Source: an uncultured archaeon (lineage in GTDB: Archaea > Asgardarchaeota > Lokiarchaeia > Sigyniarchaeales > SOKP01). From it: a stretch of 48,876 nt of DNA. Location of the stretch: assembly GCA_964493715.1 (NCBI GenBank), contig CAZBPC010000016.1:1-48876 (forward strand). Reading direction: 5' to 3'. The translations under genes and the position numbers were made by a program. Position 1 is the first letter of the stretch. Every line of letters begins with the position of its first letter. Of the stretch, positions 1-9,897 are shown one piece after another. The notes below the pieces were generated by a model. It worked only from the letters and a program-made list of their open reading frames with translations. It made no database searches and was not told the DNA's origin.

Positions 1-548
1 ACAACTTCATCCTTCATTTCCCAATTAATAGCACCAGCTTCACATTCTTTTTCACATAATTTACATGCTCCTTTTGTTAAAAAAAGGCATTTCTCGGCAT
101 CAATTACCGCTTTACGTGGTACTGCTTGTGGAAAAGGAATATAAATTGCTGTTCGATTTCCCATACCCTCTTCAAATTCAGAAGGTATTTTTTTCATAGG
201 GCATTTTTCAGAACAGGCCCCGCAACCAGTGCAGATATCCCAATCAACATACCTTGCTTTCTTTAAAACTTTTACACTGAAGTTCCCAGGCTTTCCAGTA
301 ACTTCTTGAACTTCTGAGTATGGAATTAGTTCGATATTTGGATGCCTAGATGATTCAACCATCTTGGGAGCTAATATACATATGGAACAATCTAATGTTG
401 GAAATGTTTTGTCGAGTTGAGCCATTCTACCCCCTACAGAAGATGTTTTCTCCACTAAAATCACCTTATATCCTTGATCAGCTAAAGTTAAAGAAGCTTC
501 TATGCCTGAAATTCCAGCTCCTATTACCATAACATTACTATTTGGCAT
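1..548 (-). CDS. hdrA: Heterodisulfide reductase subunit A-like flavoprotein (5' part; runs off window start)
   Basis: Manual translation from ATG 548: MPNSNVMVIGAGISGIEASLTLADQGYKVILVEK...GGRMAQLDKTFPTLDCSICILAPKM...CTGCGACSEKCP...CKLCEKEC. Has the GxGxxG FAD motif, the HdrA signature LDKTFPTxDC and ferredoxin Cys motifs. Absent from the ORF track because it is truncated. Confidence 0.93.
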   Translation of the reverse strand, partial: MPNSNVMVIGAGISGIEASLTLADQGYKVILVEKTSSVGGRMAQLDKTFPTLDCSICILAPKMVESSRHPNIELIPYSEVQEVTGKPGNFSVKVLKKARYVDWDICTGCGACSEKCPMKKIPSEFEEGMGNRTAIYIPFPQAVPRKAVIDAEKCLFLTKGACKLCEKECEAGAINWEMKDEV

Positions 549-1251
549 TTTTCTTCATTTGGTATTTTTTTTTATAATCTTACTTAATTACTGCATTACT
601 ATTGAATTAACGATCAAAAAATAAAGATATTGTTAATTCCAGTAAGATATAACTTTATAATGAGTATTAATGACTATTTCGTATTTAAAGATTACATATA
701 TTGTACGAATTTTACAATTTTTTGTATTATTTGATCAATTTTTCGCAGTATTTGATCATTAAATTACGAAAAAAAAGCCTAATTCAGTAATAATCGATTT
801 TGAGAGCTTTTACTCTCAAAAGAACGATGACAAAAAAGTATATCGTCAGTCTTTATTGTGTGATTAATAAATAAAAAATGCAATAACTTGATATTACTTT
901 GTTAGATTATGAAAAAATTACTATGGAAGTTATATCTTGAAATTTCCTTTTTGCCCAAAACAAAAAGACCAAATAAATCGACTTTTTCGCGTGAAAATCC
1001 GAGAAATTGAAGTTAAAGGCAAATTTATAAATGTAAATTGATTTATTTTATATACAACAAGGAAAAATATTTTTCGTCGATATCGGTCATTTTTTTATAA
1101 CACGGGGTTATAACGACTGTCTTGCGTTGAGAACTTTTAGATGTTATCTAGGTATTAATCTTATATTAAAATAAAGGAATGTAATAAAAACATAATAAAA
1201 TATGAAACGCTAAAAGAATCCGACAAAAATTTGTAAAAAAGGTGAATTACG

Positions 1252-1932
1252 ATAAAGATATGTGTTTGCGGTCCATTAAGATGTGGTAAATCAACGTTTA
1301 TAAGTCACTTTGATGAAAAAGCTCTTAACGTTGAGGCAAAAGCTAGAGATAATAACTATTATACAGTTGGTATGGATCTTGGGATAGTTAAATTGAATGG
1401 ATTTGATGTGTTTCTATTTGGAACACCAGGGTTATTAAGATTTAAAGTAATGAGGGATGTTATTGTACAAGGCACTGATGGGATCATTTTCATGTTTGAT
1501 GCAGCCCACCCGGATAAGGATGAAGATGGGATCATAATTCTTAATGCCGTGAGGAAACTTCTACTACCTGAAACCCCAATTGTATATTTAGCGAACAAAC
1601 AGGATATCGCGGGAGCTAGGCATCCAGAAGTTGTCCGTTCACAAAATTATTTGCCACCAGATGCCGTCATTTTCCCTACAATAACAAGAACTGGTGAAAA
1701 CTTAGAAGAAGCATTGAAGTATATTGTTAACCAGATTTATGAAAATTATTCTTCACTGTTAAAGGTGTTAAGAACCTATGAATCAGATATTGAGGGTCTG
1801 GCTAAGAATTTGAGCAAGAATAAGACGGAGATGCGAGATTTATTAAATAATTTAGAAATCAAGAGATTTATTGATATAAATCGTTTTAATCAAACATATA
1901 AAGTTCGCGAAGGTATGAAGCTCTTGATGTAA
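1252..1932 (+). CDS. MglA/CvnD-like small GTPase with C-terminal winged-helix domain; probable ATA start
   Basis: The frame stays open upstream of the called ATG 1372 to a stop at 1243-1245 and contains the P-loop (KICVCGPLRCGKST). Also TVGMDLG, LFGTPGL and NKQD. The last ~55 aa look like a wHTH. Confidence 0.8.
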   Translation: MKICVCGPLRCGKSTFISHFDEKALNVEAKARDNNYYTVGMDLGIVKLNGFDVFLFGTPGLLRFKVMRDVIVQGTDGIIFMFDAAHPDKDEDGIIILNAVRKLLLPETPIVYLANKQDIAGARHPEVVRSQNYLPPDAVIFPTITRTGENLEEALKYIVNQIYENYSSLLKVLRTYESDIEGLAKNLSKNKTEMRDLLNNLEIKRFIDINRFNQTYKVREGMKLLM

Positions 1933-1952
1933 AAGAATTACGGAAAAAAAAT

Positions 1953-3866
1953 TCATCTTTTTAAAAAATCATTTGGAGAAATAATATACTTTCCTTTATC
2001 ATTCATGAGTTGGATTAAATCAATTTTCTGCTTATTTAGAAGGGTCCATATAAATTCTGGTATGTCTTTTTCAGCTTTAAACATTGTTTCCATCCGTTCA
2101 AATTTTGCTAGAATTTGTTCTATTCTAATTGAAAATTGCTCGATATAAGCTGTCTCTGAATAAGATTTGCCCAATTCCAGTTCAAATAGATTCTTTAAAT
2201 CTTTATATAATGGAATGTATCCAATCGGTGTTTTAATTGCTTCAAAATCACCTTGAGTTCTCCCTTCTGCCCATATAATCCATACTTTTTTATCAAGTAT
2301 TCCATTTAAGTACTTTCCATCTTTGTTTTTTAGAAAGTAGTTGGTGGAAAACACTTTTGGACAGTACTTTAATTTATTTCCGAACTTTTCATGGTTTTTT
2401 AGATATTCCCCTAACGGCACTACTAAAAAATCAAGATTGGCCATTGGGTTTGAATCTCTCACACCTTCAGTTCCTATTGTTGCAGATGTAGATTCAGATT
2501 CTATTGTAGCTCCGAGAAAGATGCCATGTTCCCAATTTAAACTTTCTAATACTGGTGGCATAGTATTTGAGTCTCTTCCCCCATAGAAAATACCATGAAG
2601 GGGTACTCCATCTGGATCCTCCAGTTTAATGTCGGTATTCGATAATTCACTTAGTCTTATAGTGTATCTCGCATTAGGATGAGCGAATGGAATCTTAATT
2701 CCATTTTCATCAGTTTTTTCTGCATTCCAATCACCAGAAAAATTATATCCATCTTTTGGTGCACCTTTACCCATACCTGTCCAGTATGATTCTCCATCTT
2801 TAATTAGGATATTAGAAAAAATTGTCTCTCGTGGGGTTGTGAGAGCTTCATATATTACAGGATCATCAATTGGGTTTACATCCTTTATAATTCCAAAGAT
2901 CCCTTTTTCTATATTAGCAGCATGAGCATATCCATCATCCCAAGAACGTAAATAAGCAATATCATCACCAACTATTTTTTGACCTGGTAACATTGCTGTA
3001 GATGTTTTTCCACAAGCACTAGGATAAGCACCCGCAAAATAGCTTACGCGATTTTTTCCTTTTGGACAAATTCCCATTATAAAGTAATGTTCTGTAAGCC
3101 AATCTTCATTATTTGCTTTCTGAATAGCTAATCTTAAAGCTAATTTTTTTAAACCTAAACTATTACCAGCATATTGATTATTAACAGAGAGAACTCTAGG
3201 TTCTTTTAAATCAATGTATATTCTTCGGTCTTTCAGATTTTTAGTAACAGGTGGGTCTCCTGTTAATTCTCCCGCAGAGTGGATGAAATAAAAGAAATCG
3301 TCTGAGTTTTTTAATTTCTTAAATTCTTCATATCCCGCTCGATACAATAAATCCTCTGAATGGGCAACATATAGTGAATCTGTAAGTTGAAGAGAGAGAA
3401 TAGAGAATTTCGAGTTCTTAGGTCCTAAACAGAAAAACCTAATTATACATTCTTTACCTTTCATGCAATCTTCCATAATTTTCAAAATTTCTTTCAAACC
3501 TTCCTCCCTATCAACTGTGTTCAATGCAGGCGGTTTATATCCTCCCTTAGGAATTAAAATCTTTGTATTTCCTTTATCCCTTGCTTGATCATGATTTGCC
3601 ATTGTAATGAATCCATCATAATGGACTGTATGCCCATCTATGTTTAAGGTGCATTCCTCATGCTTTTCAATTGCTTTTTGTCTTACATACTTAATGTCTT
3701 TTTCAGAATCAGAGATAACAGTAAGTTTGCTAGGATTGCACAAATTTACAAATTGATGAATTATACGTAATACATGTCGATTATTTAGAGTTTTTAATTT
3801 TTCAAAATCAGACTCTGTAAGTATACCTTTAATTACATAACCCTCTATTTTATTTAGATAATCCAT
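1953..3866 (-). CDS. pckG: GTP-dependent phosphoenolpyruvate carboxykinase
   Basis: YAGNSLGLKK, WLTEH, AYPSACGKT, VGDDIA, HPNAR and YGGRD motifs; 637 aa. Confidence 0.95.
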   Translation of the reverse strand: MDYLNKIEGYVIKGILTESDFEKLKTLNNRHVLRIIHQFVNLCNPSKLTVISDSEKDIKYVRQKAIEKHEECTLNIDGHTVHYDGFITMANHDQARDKGNTKILIPKGGYKPPALNTVDREEGLKEILKIMEDCMKGKECIIRFFCLGPKNSKFSILSLQLTDSLYVAHSEDLLYRAGYEEFKKLKNSDDFFYFIHSAGELTGDPPVTKNLKDRRIYIDLKEPRVLSVNNQYAGNSLGLKKLALRLAIQKANNEDWLTEHYFIMGICPKGKNRVSYFAGAYPSACGKTSTAMLPGQKIVGDDIAYLRSWDDGYAHAANIEKGIFGIIKDVNPIDDPVIYEALTTPRETIFSNILIKDGESYWTGMGKGAPKDGYNFSGDWNAEKTDENGIKIPFAHPNARYTIRLSELSNTDIKLEDPDGVPLHGIFYGGRDSNTMPPVLESLNWEHGIFLGATIESESTSATIGTEGVRDSNPMANLDFLVVPLGEYLKNHEKFGNKLKYCPKVFSTNYFLKNKDGKYLNGILDKKVWIIWAEGRTQGDFEAIKTPIGYIPLYKDLKNLFELELGKSYSETAYIEQFSIRIEQILAKFERMETMFKAEKDIPEFIWTLLNKQKIDLIQLMNDKGKYIISPNDFLKR

Positions 3867-4054
3867 TAAAATCAGTTGTTAAATTTTATTGAGTAGTTAT
3901 TGAGATAAAGATTAGAAGGGAATAACTAATTTAAATGCTTTTCTATCCTCGTAGAGGGAAAAATTTGGGAAAAATAGTAACTATTCAGCTGATATTTAAG
4001 ATATGAAAGAAAAAAAAGAGATTAAAATAGATAATTTAAGAAAAATGTAATAAT

Positions 4055-5626
4055 TTAGGAAGAACCTTTAGCATTAATTATTCTATCAACGCGTAAAATT
4101 AGATTTGCTAATCCACTACCAGATTTAATAACATGACTGATTAAAGCAGCAGGCTCTATTATGCCTTTATCATAATTGTTTCCTATTGAATTGGTTAATG
4201 TATCAATGCCAATCCATTTATCGTTATCTGATTTATGAGCTGCTCGTAATTCGGTCATGTTTTCAATCTCATCTAATCCAGCATTTTTAATCAATGTCTT
4301 AGGGATTTCTTCGAGAGCAAGCGCAAATGCATTAATGGCTAATTGTTCTTTACCACTGATTTCATTGGCATATTCTCTTAAATGTTTAGCTAATTCGATA
4401 TAAATAGCACCACCACCAGCGACAACCTTCTTAGTATCAACAACTTTTGCAACAACAGATAAAACGTCATGTAATGTTACTTCTGTTGTTCCTAATATTT
4501 TATCCAGACCTCCTTTCAGCAAGATGGACACAGATTTGGGATTCTTGCACCCTGTGAATAGCGTGTAATCATTCTTGTCGATTTTTTGGAACTTTATACT
4601 TTCAGCATAACCCAACTCATTTTCACTTAAAGCAATGAGATCGTCGATAACTTTAGCTCCCGTAGCTTTAGAAACGGCTTTGATATCACTATCTCCCAAA
4701 TTCTTAATCGCAGCGATCCCTTCTCTTGCTAAAAGTGCACCAAATTTATCTGAAATGTCCTTATTGTTGACAACCATATTTACTCCTAAATCTTTGAAGA
4801 TTTTAAGGTAGTTAAATAGCATTTTTTCCTCTTGATCCAGGAATTTCTGTATATCAGCAGGATTAGTGATGCGAATTTCTCCAGAAATTTCTGTTTTGGA
4901 TACATCCAACTTTTTCCTAACAATCGCGATTTTAGCATTCTTAACGACGTCAGGCATCATAGCGTTTACTTTTTCCTTTTCAATATATACTCCATTGATC
5001 AGTTCTGTGTCTTTGAGTGATTTTCCAGGGGCCTTGACGATTTTTACGTTTCCGACTTTAGAAAAGGTATTACCATCTTCTTTTATATGATTTACTGCTT
5101 TAACTGCCATTTCTGCGAAAAAGTCTTTTAAGCCCATGACATCTTTGGAATTCATTGCTGTGATCGCAACTTTTTTCAAGATTTTATCATCATCAGCGGA
5201 GATATCTTCCGCGATTTTATCTATAATTGAAAGAGCTTTTTTAGAGGCTAAATGATATCCATGTGTAATGGGTTTAGGATGAATCTCTTGTTCTATTAAT
5301 TCCAGTGCGTTTGCTAATAATTGTGCGGCAAAAATAACTGCAGATGTAGTGCCATCACCTATATCTTCATCTATTGATTTAGCGATGTTTACCATCATAT
5401 TGGCGGCTACATTTTCAATACTCAAGTTTTTCAAGATTTCAGCACCATCGTTTGTAATTGTTACATCTCCAGTGCCATCAACAAGCATTTTATTCATTCC
5501 TCTTGGTCCGAGTGTTGATCTAACGGTCTCAGTTATCGCCATCATTGCATTAATATTTTGCATCCTTGCTTCTTTTTCCTTAGTTTCCTCAGTTCCTTCC
5601 TTTAGTATCAATATTGGAACAGACAT
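4055..5626 (-). CDS. ths: Thermosome (group II chaperonin) subunit
   Basis: STLGPRGMNKM, ITNDGA, GDGTTS and GGGA motifs; SD GGTGA 6 nt before the ATG. Confidence 0.95.
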   Translation of the reverse strand: MSVPILILKEGTEETKEKEARMQNINAMMAITETVRSTLGPRGMNKMLVDGTGDVTITNDGAEILKNLSIENVAANMMVNIAKSIDEDIGDGTTSAVIFAAQLLANALELIEQEIHPKPITHGYHLASKKALSIIDKIAEDISADDDKILKKVAITAMNSKDVMGLKDFFAEMAVKAVNHIKEDGNTFSKVGNVKIVKAPGKSLKDTELINGVYIEKEKVNAMMPDVVKNAKIAIVRKKLDVSKTEISGEIRITNPADIQKFLDQEEKMLFNYLKIFKDLGVNMVVNNKDISDKFGALLAREGIAAIKNLGDSDIKAVSKATGAKVIDDLIALSENELGYAESIKFQKIDKNDYTLFTGCKNPKSVSILLKGGLDKILGTTEVTLHDVLSVVAKVVDTKKVVAGGGAIYIELAKHLREYANEISGKEQLAINAFALALEEIPKTLIKNAGLDEIENMTELRAAHKSDNDKWIGIDTLTNSIGNNYDKGIIEPAALISHVIKSGSGLANLILRVDRIINAKGSS

Positions 5627-5874
5627 TAATTTTCACCTATATTTATCATATTTTTTTTTTTATTTATATTATAAATTCATTAATTTTCTGGATTTTAAGA
5701 ATTTTATGATTTGGGGATCTTTAAAAAAAGGTATGTTAGATTATGTTTAAATAGCGAAATAATAAAATATACAAATAAAAACGTATTTTTGTTTAAAAAA
5801 GAAAACTACGGCTTTTTCTCTTTATTAATTATAACACGAATAATTAATTGCTCTATTTTGTATTGTATTTTATT

Positions 5875-6285
5875 ATGAACGAAACAGAAAATCAAATTAA
5901 TGATGATGATTGGCGTAAAAAATTAACAAAAGAACAATATAAAGTATTACGTGAAAAAAGCACTGAACGTCCATTTACTGGAAAGTATTGGGATAATAAA
6001 GAGAAAGGAAAGTATTATTGTGCTGGTTGCGGAGCACCATTATTCGACTCTGAAACTAAATTCAAATCAGGATCTGGTTGGCCAAGTTTTTATGCACCTA
6101 TAGATGAAAGTAGTATCGAAACTGAAACCGATAAAAGTTTTGGAATGCATCGTACAGAGGTTTTATGCAAAAATTGTGGAGGACATCTGGGACATGTTTT
6201 TCCGGACGGTCCAAAACCAACAGGTCAAAGATATTGTATAAATTCAATTTCTTTAGATTTTAAGAAGAAAGAGCAAACTAAATAA
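5875..6285 (+). CDS. msrB: Peptide methionine-R-sulfoxide reductase
   Basis: [31 protein letters not shown] and RYCINS motifs. ATG 5875 preferred over TTG 5848. Confidence 0.95.
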   Translation: MNETENQINDDDWRKKLTKEQYKVLREKSTERPFTGKYWDNKEKGKYYCAGCGAPLFDSETKFKSGSGWPSFYAPIDESSIETETDKSFGMHRTEVLCKNCGGHLGHVFPDGPKPTGQRYCINSISLDFKKKEQTK

Positions 6286-7165
6286 TTAGTTCATCCCAAA
6301 ATTTTTTTTTAAGTAAAGAAAGTACTTTATTTTTAGGTTTAATGAAATAAATATCCCGAGATGTTAATATTGGATATTCTTCAACTTCTAAAAATTTAAT
6401 AAGACCTGCAGTAACAGCTTTTTGAGCAATTTTCTCACTAAGAACAGAAATAAAATCAGATTCATAAATTGCTGAAATTATTGAATCATTATTGTCTAAT
6501 TCTAATTTAATATCTAATTTATTATATTCAAGAAAATTATGTTCGAAAACATCACGAGTTCCTGAACCTCTCTCTCTATTTATAAATGGAAATTTTAGTA
6601 ATTCTTTAAAATGGACAACTTTTTTTTTTATAAGTTCATGATTAGGTGAACAAACGAATTTTAAGTTTTCTTTTCCTATTATTAAAATATCAAAATTTTC
6701 TGCAGTATGTCCCATAAAACTTCCGATACCAGCAAAATCAACTTGGTTTTTTGTGATAGCTTGCAAAGATTGCTCAGAATTATTGATTATTATTTTGAAA
6801 TTAGAATTGGGGTATTTTTCTCTGAATTGAGCAATAAATTTTGGCAAAATATGTGTCCCTGGAAGTGTTGAAGCTGAAATGATTATATCATCAACTTTTT
6901 TTTCATTGTATTTTAATAACTCATTCTTGCTTTTTTCAAATAATTCTAATATAGCTTTAGCATATTTAAGGAAAATAATTCCTTCTTCGGTTAATTCAAA
7001 TGTTCGAGTGGTTCTCTTAATAAATTTAATACCACCATATTGCTTCTCTATCTGAGATAAACGGTGAGATAATGTACTCTGAGATATTTGTAATTCATTA
7101 GCAAGCTTAGAAAAACTTTTACTCTCTGCGAGATAAATAAAGGTTCTCAAAAATTCAATATTCAT
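6278..7165 (-). CDS. LysR-family regulator (CysL/selenium-metabolism-associated-like)
   Basis: N-terminal HTH ([17 protein letters not shown]), ASTLPG and REXGSGTR motifs; divergent from dsrE/tusA. Confidence 0.88.
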   Translation of the reverse strand: MNIEFLRTFIYLAESKSFSKLANELQISQSTLSHRLSQIEKQYGGIKFIKRTTRTFELTEEGIIFLKYAKAILELFEKSKNELLKYNEKKVDDIIISASTLPGTHILPKFIAQFREKYPNSNFKIIINNSEQSLQAITKNQVDFAGIGSFMGHTAENFDILIIGKENLKFVCSPNHELIKKKVVHFKELLKFPFINRERGSGTRDVFEHNFLEYNKLDIKLELDNNDSIISAIYESDFISVLSEKIAQKAVTAGLIKFLEVEEYPILTSRDIYFIKPKNKVLSLLKKKFWDELII

Positions 7166-7200
7166 TATTAAATATTATAAGAATTAGCTTATTTTTTAAT

Positions 7201-7219
7201 TTATCGAAATAATTAATAA
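7201..7219. promoter_or_regulatory. Candidate LysR box (TTAT-N11-ATAA) in the divergent promoter
   Basis: TTATCGAAATAATTAATAA, a T-N11-A dyad between lysR and dsrE. The AT-rich background weakens it. Confidence 0.3.
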
Positions 7220-7292
7220 ATCAATACGAAAAAATTAATATGTAATATTATTAGATTTATTAATAGGAAATTTTCACCGAATAAGATTTATA

Positions 7293-7652
7293 ATGATTGA
7301 AAAACGGAAAGTATTTACAATTGCCATTAGTTCGGGTCAATACACAACGGAAAGACCTTATACTTTACTTAGATTTGCCTACACTGCTTTATTGGAGGGT
7401 CATAAAATTAATATATTTTTAGTAGAAGATGGTATTTGGGTTGGAAAGAAAAACCAAGACCCTAAAACATATGATAATGTAGGTAAATGGCTAATGGATG
7501 TAATAGAAGAAGGTGCAAAAGTGTTTGTTTGTGGAGTCTGTATGAACGCAAGAGGTATGTCAGAAGAGGAATTATTATCGGGATGCAAAAAAACTACGAT
7601 GAATGGATTCTTAGATATGTGTGTAGAGGCAGATAATATAATTTTTTCTTGA
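7293..7652 (+). CDS. DsrE/TusD-family sulfur relay protein
   Basis: IFLVEDGIW, VCGVCMNARG and C-terminal ADNII; 119 aa. Confidence 0.85.
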   Translation: MIEKRKVFTIAISSGQYTTERPYTLLRFAYTALLEGHKINIFLVEDGIWVGKKNQDPKTYDNVGKWLMDVIEEGAKVFVCGVCMNARGMSEEELLSGCKKTTMNGFLDMCVEADNIIFS

Positions 7653-7662
7653 ACACAAAAAG

Positions 7663-7899
7663 GTGGTTAATATAGCAGGATTAAACTTTTTAGATTGCTC
7701 TGATCTTGTTTGTCCCTTGCCTGTAGCAAAGACAAAAAAATTGCTCAATTCAATGAAAAAGGGCGAACTTCTTGAAGTAAAAGGAGATTTCAGCGAAGCT
7801 GGTGAAAATATTCGGAGATTTGCAGAAACCCAAGGTCATGAAGTGGTCGATTTTAAGATAAAGGGAGAATGTTACGTAATCAAAATCAAAAAGAAATGA
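7663..7899 (+). CDS. tusA: TusA/SirA-family sulfur carrier
   Basis: LDCSDLVCPLP (CPxP) and GELLEV motifs; 78 aa; 10 nt after dsrE. Confidence 0.85.
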   Translation: MVNIAGLNFLDCSDLVCPLPVAKTKKLLNSMKKGELLEVKGDFSEAGENIRRFAETQGHEVVDFKIKGECYVIKIKKK

Positions 7900-7912
7900 T
7901 ATAACCTCTATA

Positions 7913-8416
7913 TCAAATACCAATAATCGATGAAGTGTTCTTATACTCCTTTAGGACCATGTTGGATATAGTCTTTGTAACCCATTCTTCTTCATTGATA
8001 GACCTGATAAAATCGTGAACATCTTCAGGTTCTTTAAATCTACATATTAACGCTGCAGATTGTTCACCAGTTGTGTGGAAAATGGAGCATACTTCTGGTT
8101 TCTCCTTGAATCCTTCTAAAATTTCTGGTGTATGCTTACCATCGATCTGAACCCTAATGAGAAAAGTAAATTTATATCCAAGTTTAATATTATTGAGATT
8201 TAGGGTATAGCCTTCAATAATCTCATTCTCCTCCAGTTTAGAGATTCTATTATGGATTGTACCTATAGATATTCCCAATTTTTCTTGGATTTCTCTATAT
8301 GAAGTCTTTGCATTTTTTTGCAGGATTGTAATTATGTTTCTATCAATAGAATCAAGTGATTTTTCCTTTTTTTCCTTTTTATCGTTCTTTTTTTGATTTG
8401 AATTTGTAGGAACCAT
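7913..8416 (-). CDS. Lrp/AsnC-family transcriptional regulator
   Basis: LDSIDRNIITILQKNAKTSYREI...IHNRISKLEENEII HTH, followed by a RAM domain (HTTGE). Confidence 0.92.
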   Translation of the reverse strand: MVPTNSNQKKNDKKEKKEKSLDSIDRNIITILQKNAKTSYREIQEKLGISIGTIHNRISKLEENEIIEGYTLNLNNIKLGYKFTFLIRVQIDGKHTPEILEGFKEKPEVCSIFHTTGEQSAALICRFKEPEDVHDFIRSINEEEWVTKTISNMVLKEYKNTSSIIGI

Positions 8417-8589
8417 TATTTAACCCTTAGGTAGTATTGAGAAAATAACAATATAATATATTTTGAAAAATATTTAAAGCCTATCTTTAAATATGAAAAA
8501 AAATTAAAAATTCTTGAAAAATTTGATCTAATTTTAAAAAAAGAAAGTATATCTTTTTACCGAGGAAAGATGGTTCCCGAATTTTATTT

Positions 8590-9753
8590 TTAAGGAAATC
8601 TTTTATTTTTTTCATTTACTAATGAATTAAGATTAATTTTTTCATCAAGTAGATAATCGTTAATTATATCTTTTGCTTTTTCTCTTTGTTGCTGATGTTT
8701 TGAAAGGAATTTATTGATCTTTTGTATTAGATTATTCTTACATTCTCCGCAAAGTAAATCACCTCCTTTACATCTTGATTGAATATTTCTAATTTCATCA
8801 TCATCTAAAGTGAAAAGCATAAAATGATATTTATAAACTGAACATATTGAGGGATTTCCTCCTAATTCTCTTTGTATTTTTGCATTTGCTTGTCCACCTG
8901 TAAATGCATTGTTTACCTTTTTCTTGACTATATCTGGAGTGTCTTTTGTGAATATCGCGGTATGTTCCATAGAGGCAGACATTTTTCCTCCTTGTTGAAG
9001 ACTTGGTAGAAATACACATTGTATGGAAGCAGGTTTGTAATAACCCAGTTTTGGTAAAACGTCTCTTGATAAACGAAAATGTGGATCTTGGTCTACGGCA
9101 TGAGGAATCATGCATGGAACATTCTTCTCCTCAATTATACTCTTAATTATAGCTGGAACAGTTTGAATGCTTGTATAAAAAATTTGTCCTATGTTTGAGC
9201 TATTATCTAGTCCAAAAGTAGCCTTAATAGTAGAGAAAGTTATTTTTTTCGCAATTTTTAACGCATTTCTATAGAGAGTTCCTGCGAGATCTATATCTGA
9301 AAAGATAAAAGTCTTTTTTGGATCAAATCCTAAAGCGATAATATCTAATGCATTATCATAGGAGTATTTATAAGCATCTTCAATTGAAAGAGATTGATTA
9401 AATAAAAATTTCTCGTCATCTGTTAATTGAAACCATAATTCCACTTTAAATTTATCTTGAAGCCACTTTGTAAAAATCCAAGGCATAACATGCCCTAAAT
9501 GGACATTTCCAGAGGGACCTCTTCCTGTATATAGATAAAAGGGGTTTCCTTTTTTATATTCATCTAATATCCAATTTAAATCTCTATGAGCAAAGAAAAT
9601 TTTTCTGGTTAGAAAGGGATGAAGTTCATTTGTAATTTCTTTCAACTGAGACAATAATTGATTATCAATTGCATCTATTCCAAACTCTCGTATTAATTGA
9701 TCATAATCTACTTCTCCACTTACTTCCCAAGGAGTAACAATAAAATCAGACAT
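8590..9753 (-). CDS. trpS: Tryptophan--tRNA ligase (archaeal/eukaryotic type)
   Basis: VTPWEV, YTGRGPS, HLGH, TDDEK, DQDPHFR and KMSAS motifs. ATG 9753 is the probable start. Confidence 0.96.
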   Translation of the reverse strand: MSDFIVTPWEVSGEVDYDQLIREFGIDAIDNQLLSQLKEITNELHPFLTRKIFFAHRDLNWILDEYKKGNPFYLYTGRGPSGNVHLGHVMPWIFTKWLQDKFKVELWFQLTDDEKFLFNQSLSIEDAYKYSYDNALDIIALGFDPKKTFIFSDIDLAGTLYRNALKIAKKITFSTIKATFGLDNSSNIGQIFYTSIQTVPAIIKSIIEEKNVPCMIPHAVDQDPHFRLSRDVLPKLGYYKPASIQCVFLPSLQQGGKMSASMEHTAIFTKDTPDIVKKKVNNAFTGGQANAKIQRELGGNPSICSVYKYHFMLFTLDDDEIRNIQSRCKGGDLLCGECKNNLIQKINKFLSKHQQQREKAKDIINDYLLDEKINLNSLVNEKNKRFP

Positions 9754-9897
9754 TAGTTTATCAGTAATAAAATTCAAGTTATTGTTAATTGGTAGTGTTT
9801 CCTTTTTTTTAGGTTTTAGGATTTTTCACCAATAATATGAATTATGCATTAAAGAGAGAAAAAAGATATACAAAAAATACATCAGAATGACTTAATT

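Noticed and set aside
909-1010. 33-aa ORF (MKKLLWKLYLEISF...) in the long hdrA/GTPase intergenic region
   Set aside because: No SD or motif; expected by chance.
7650-7670. TGA readthrough at the end of dsrE
   Set aside because: The protein ends at the normal family length, and a TAA follows within a few codons.
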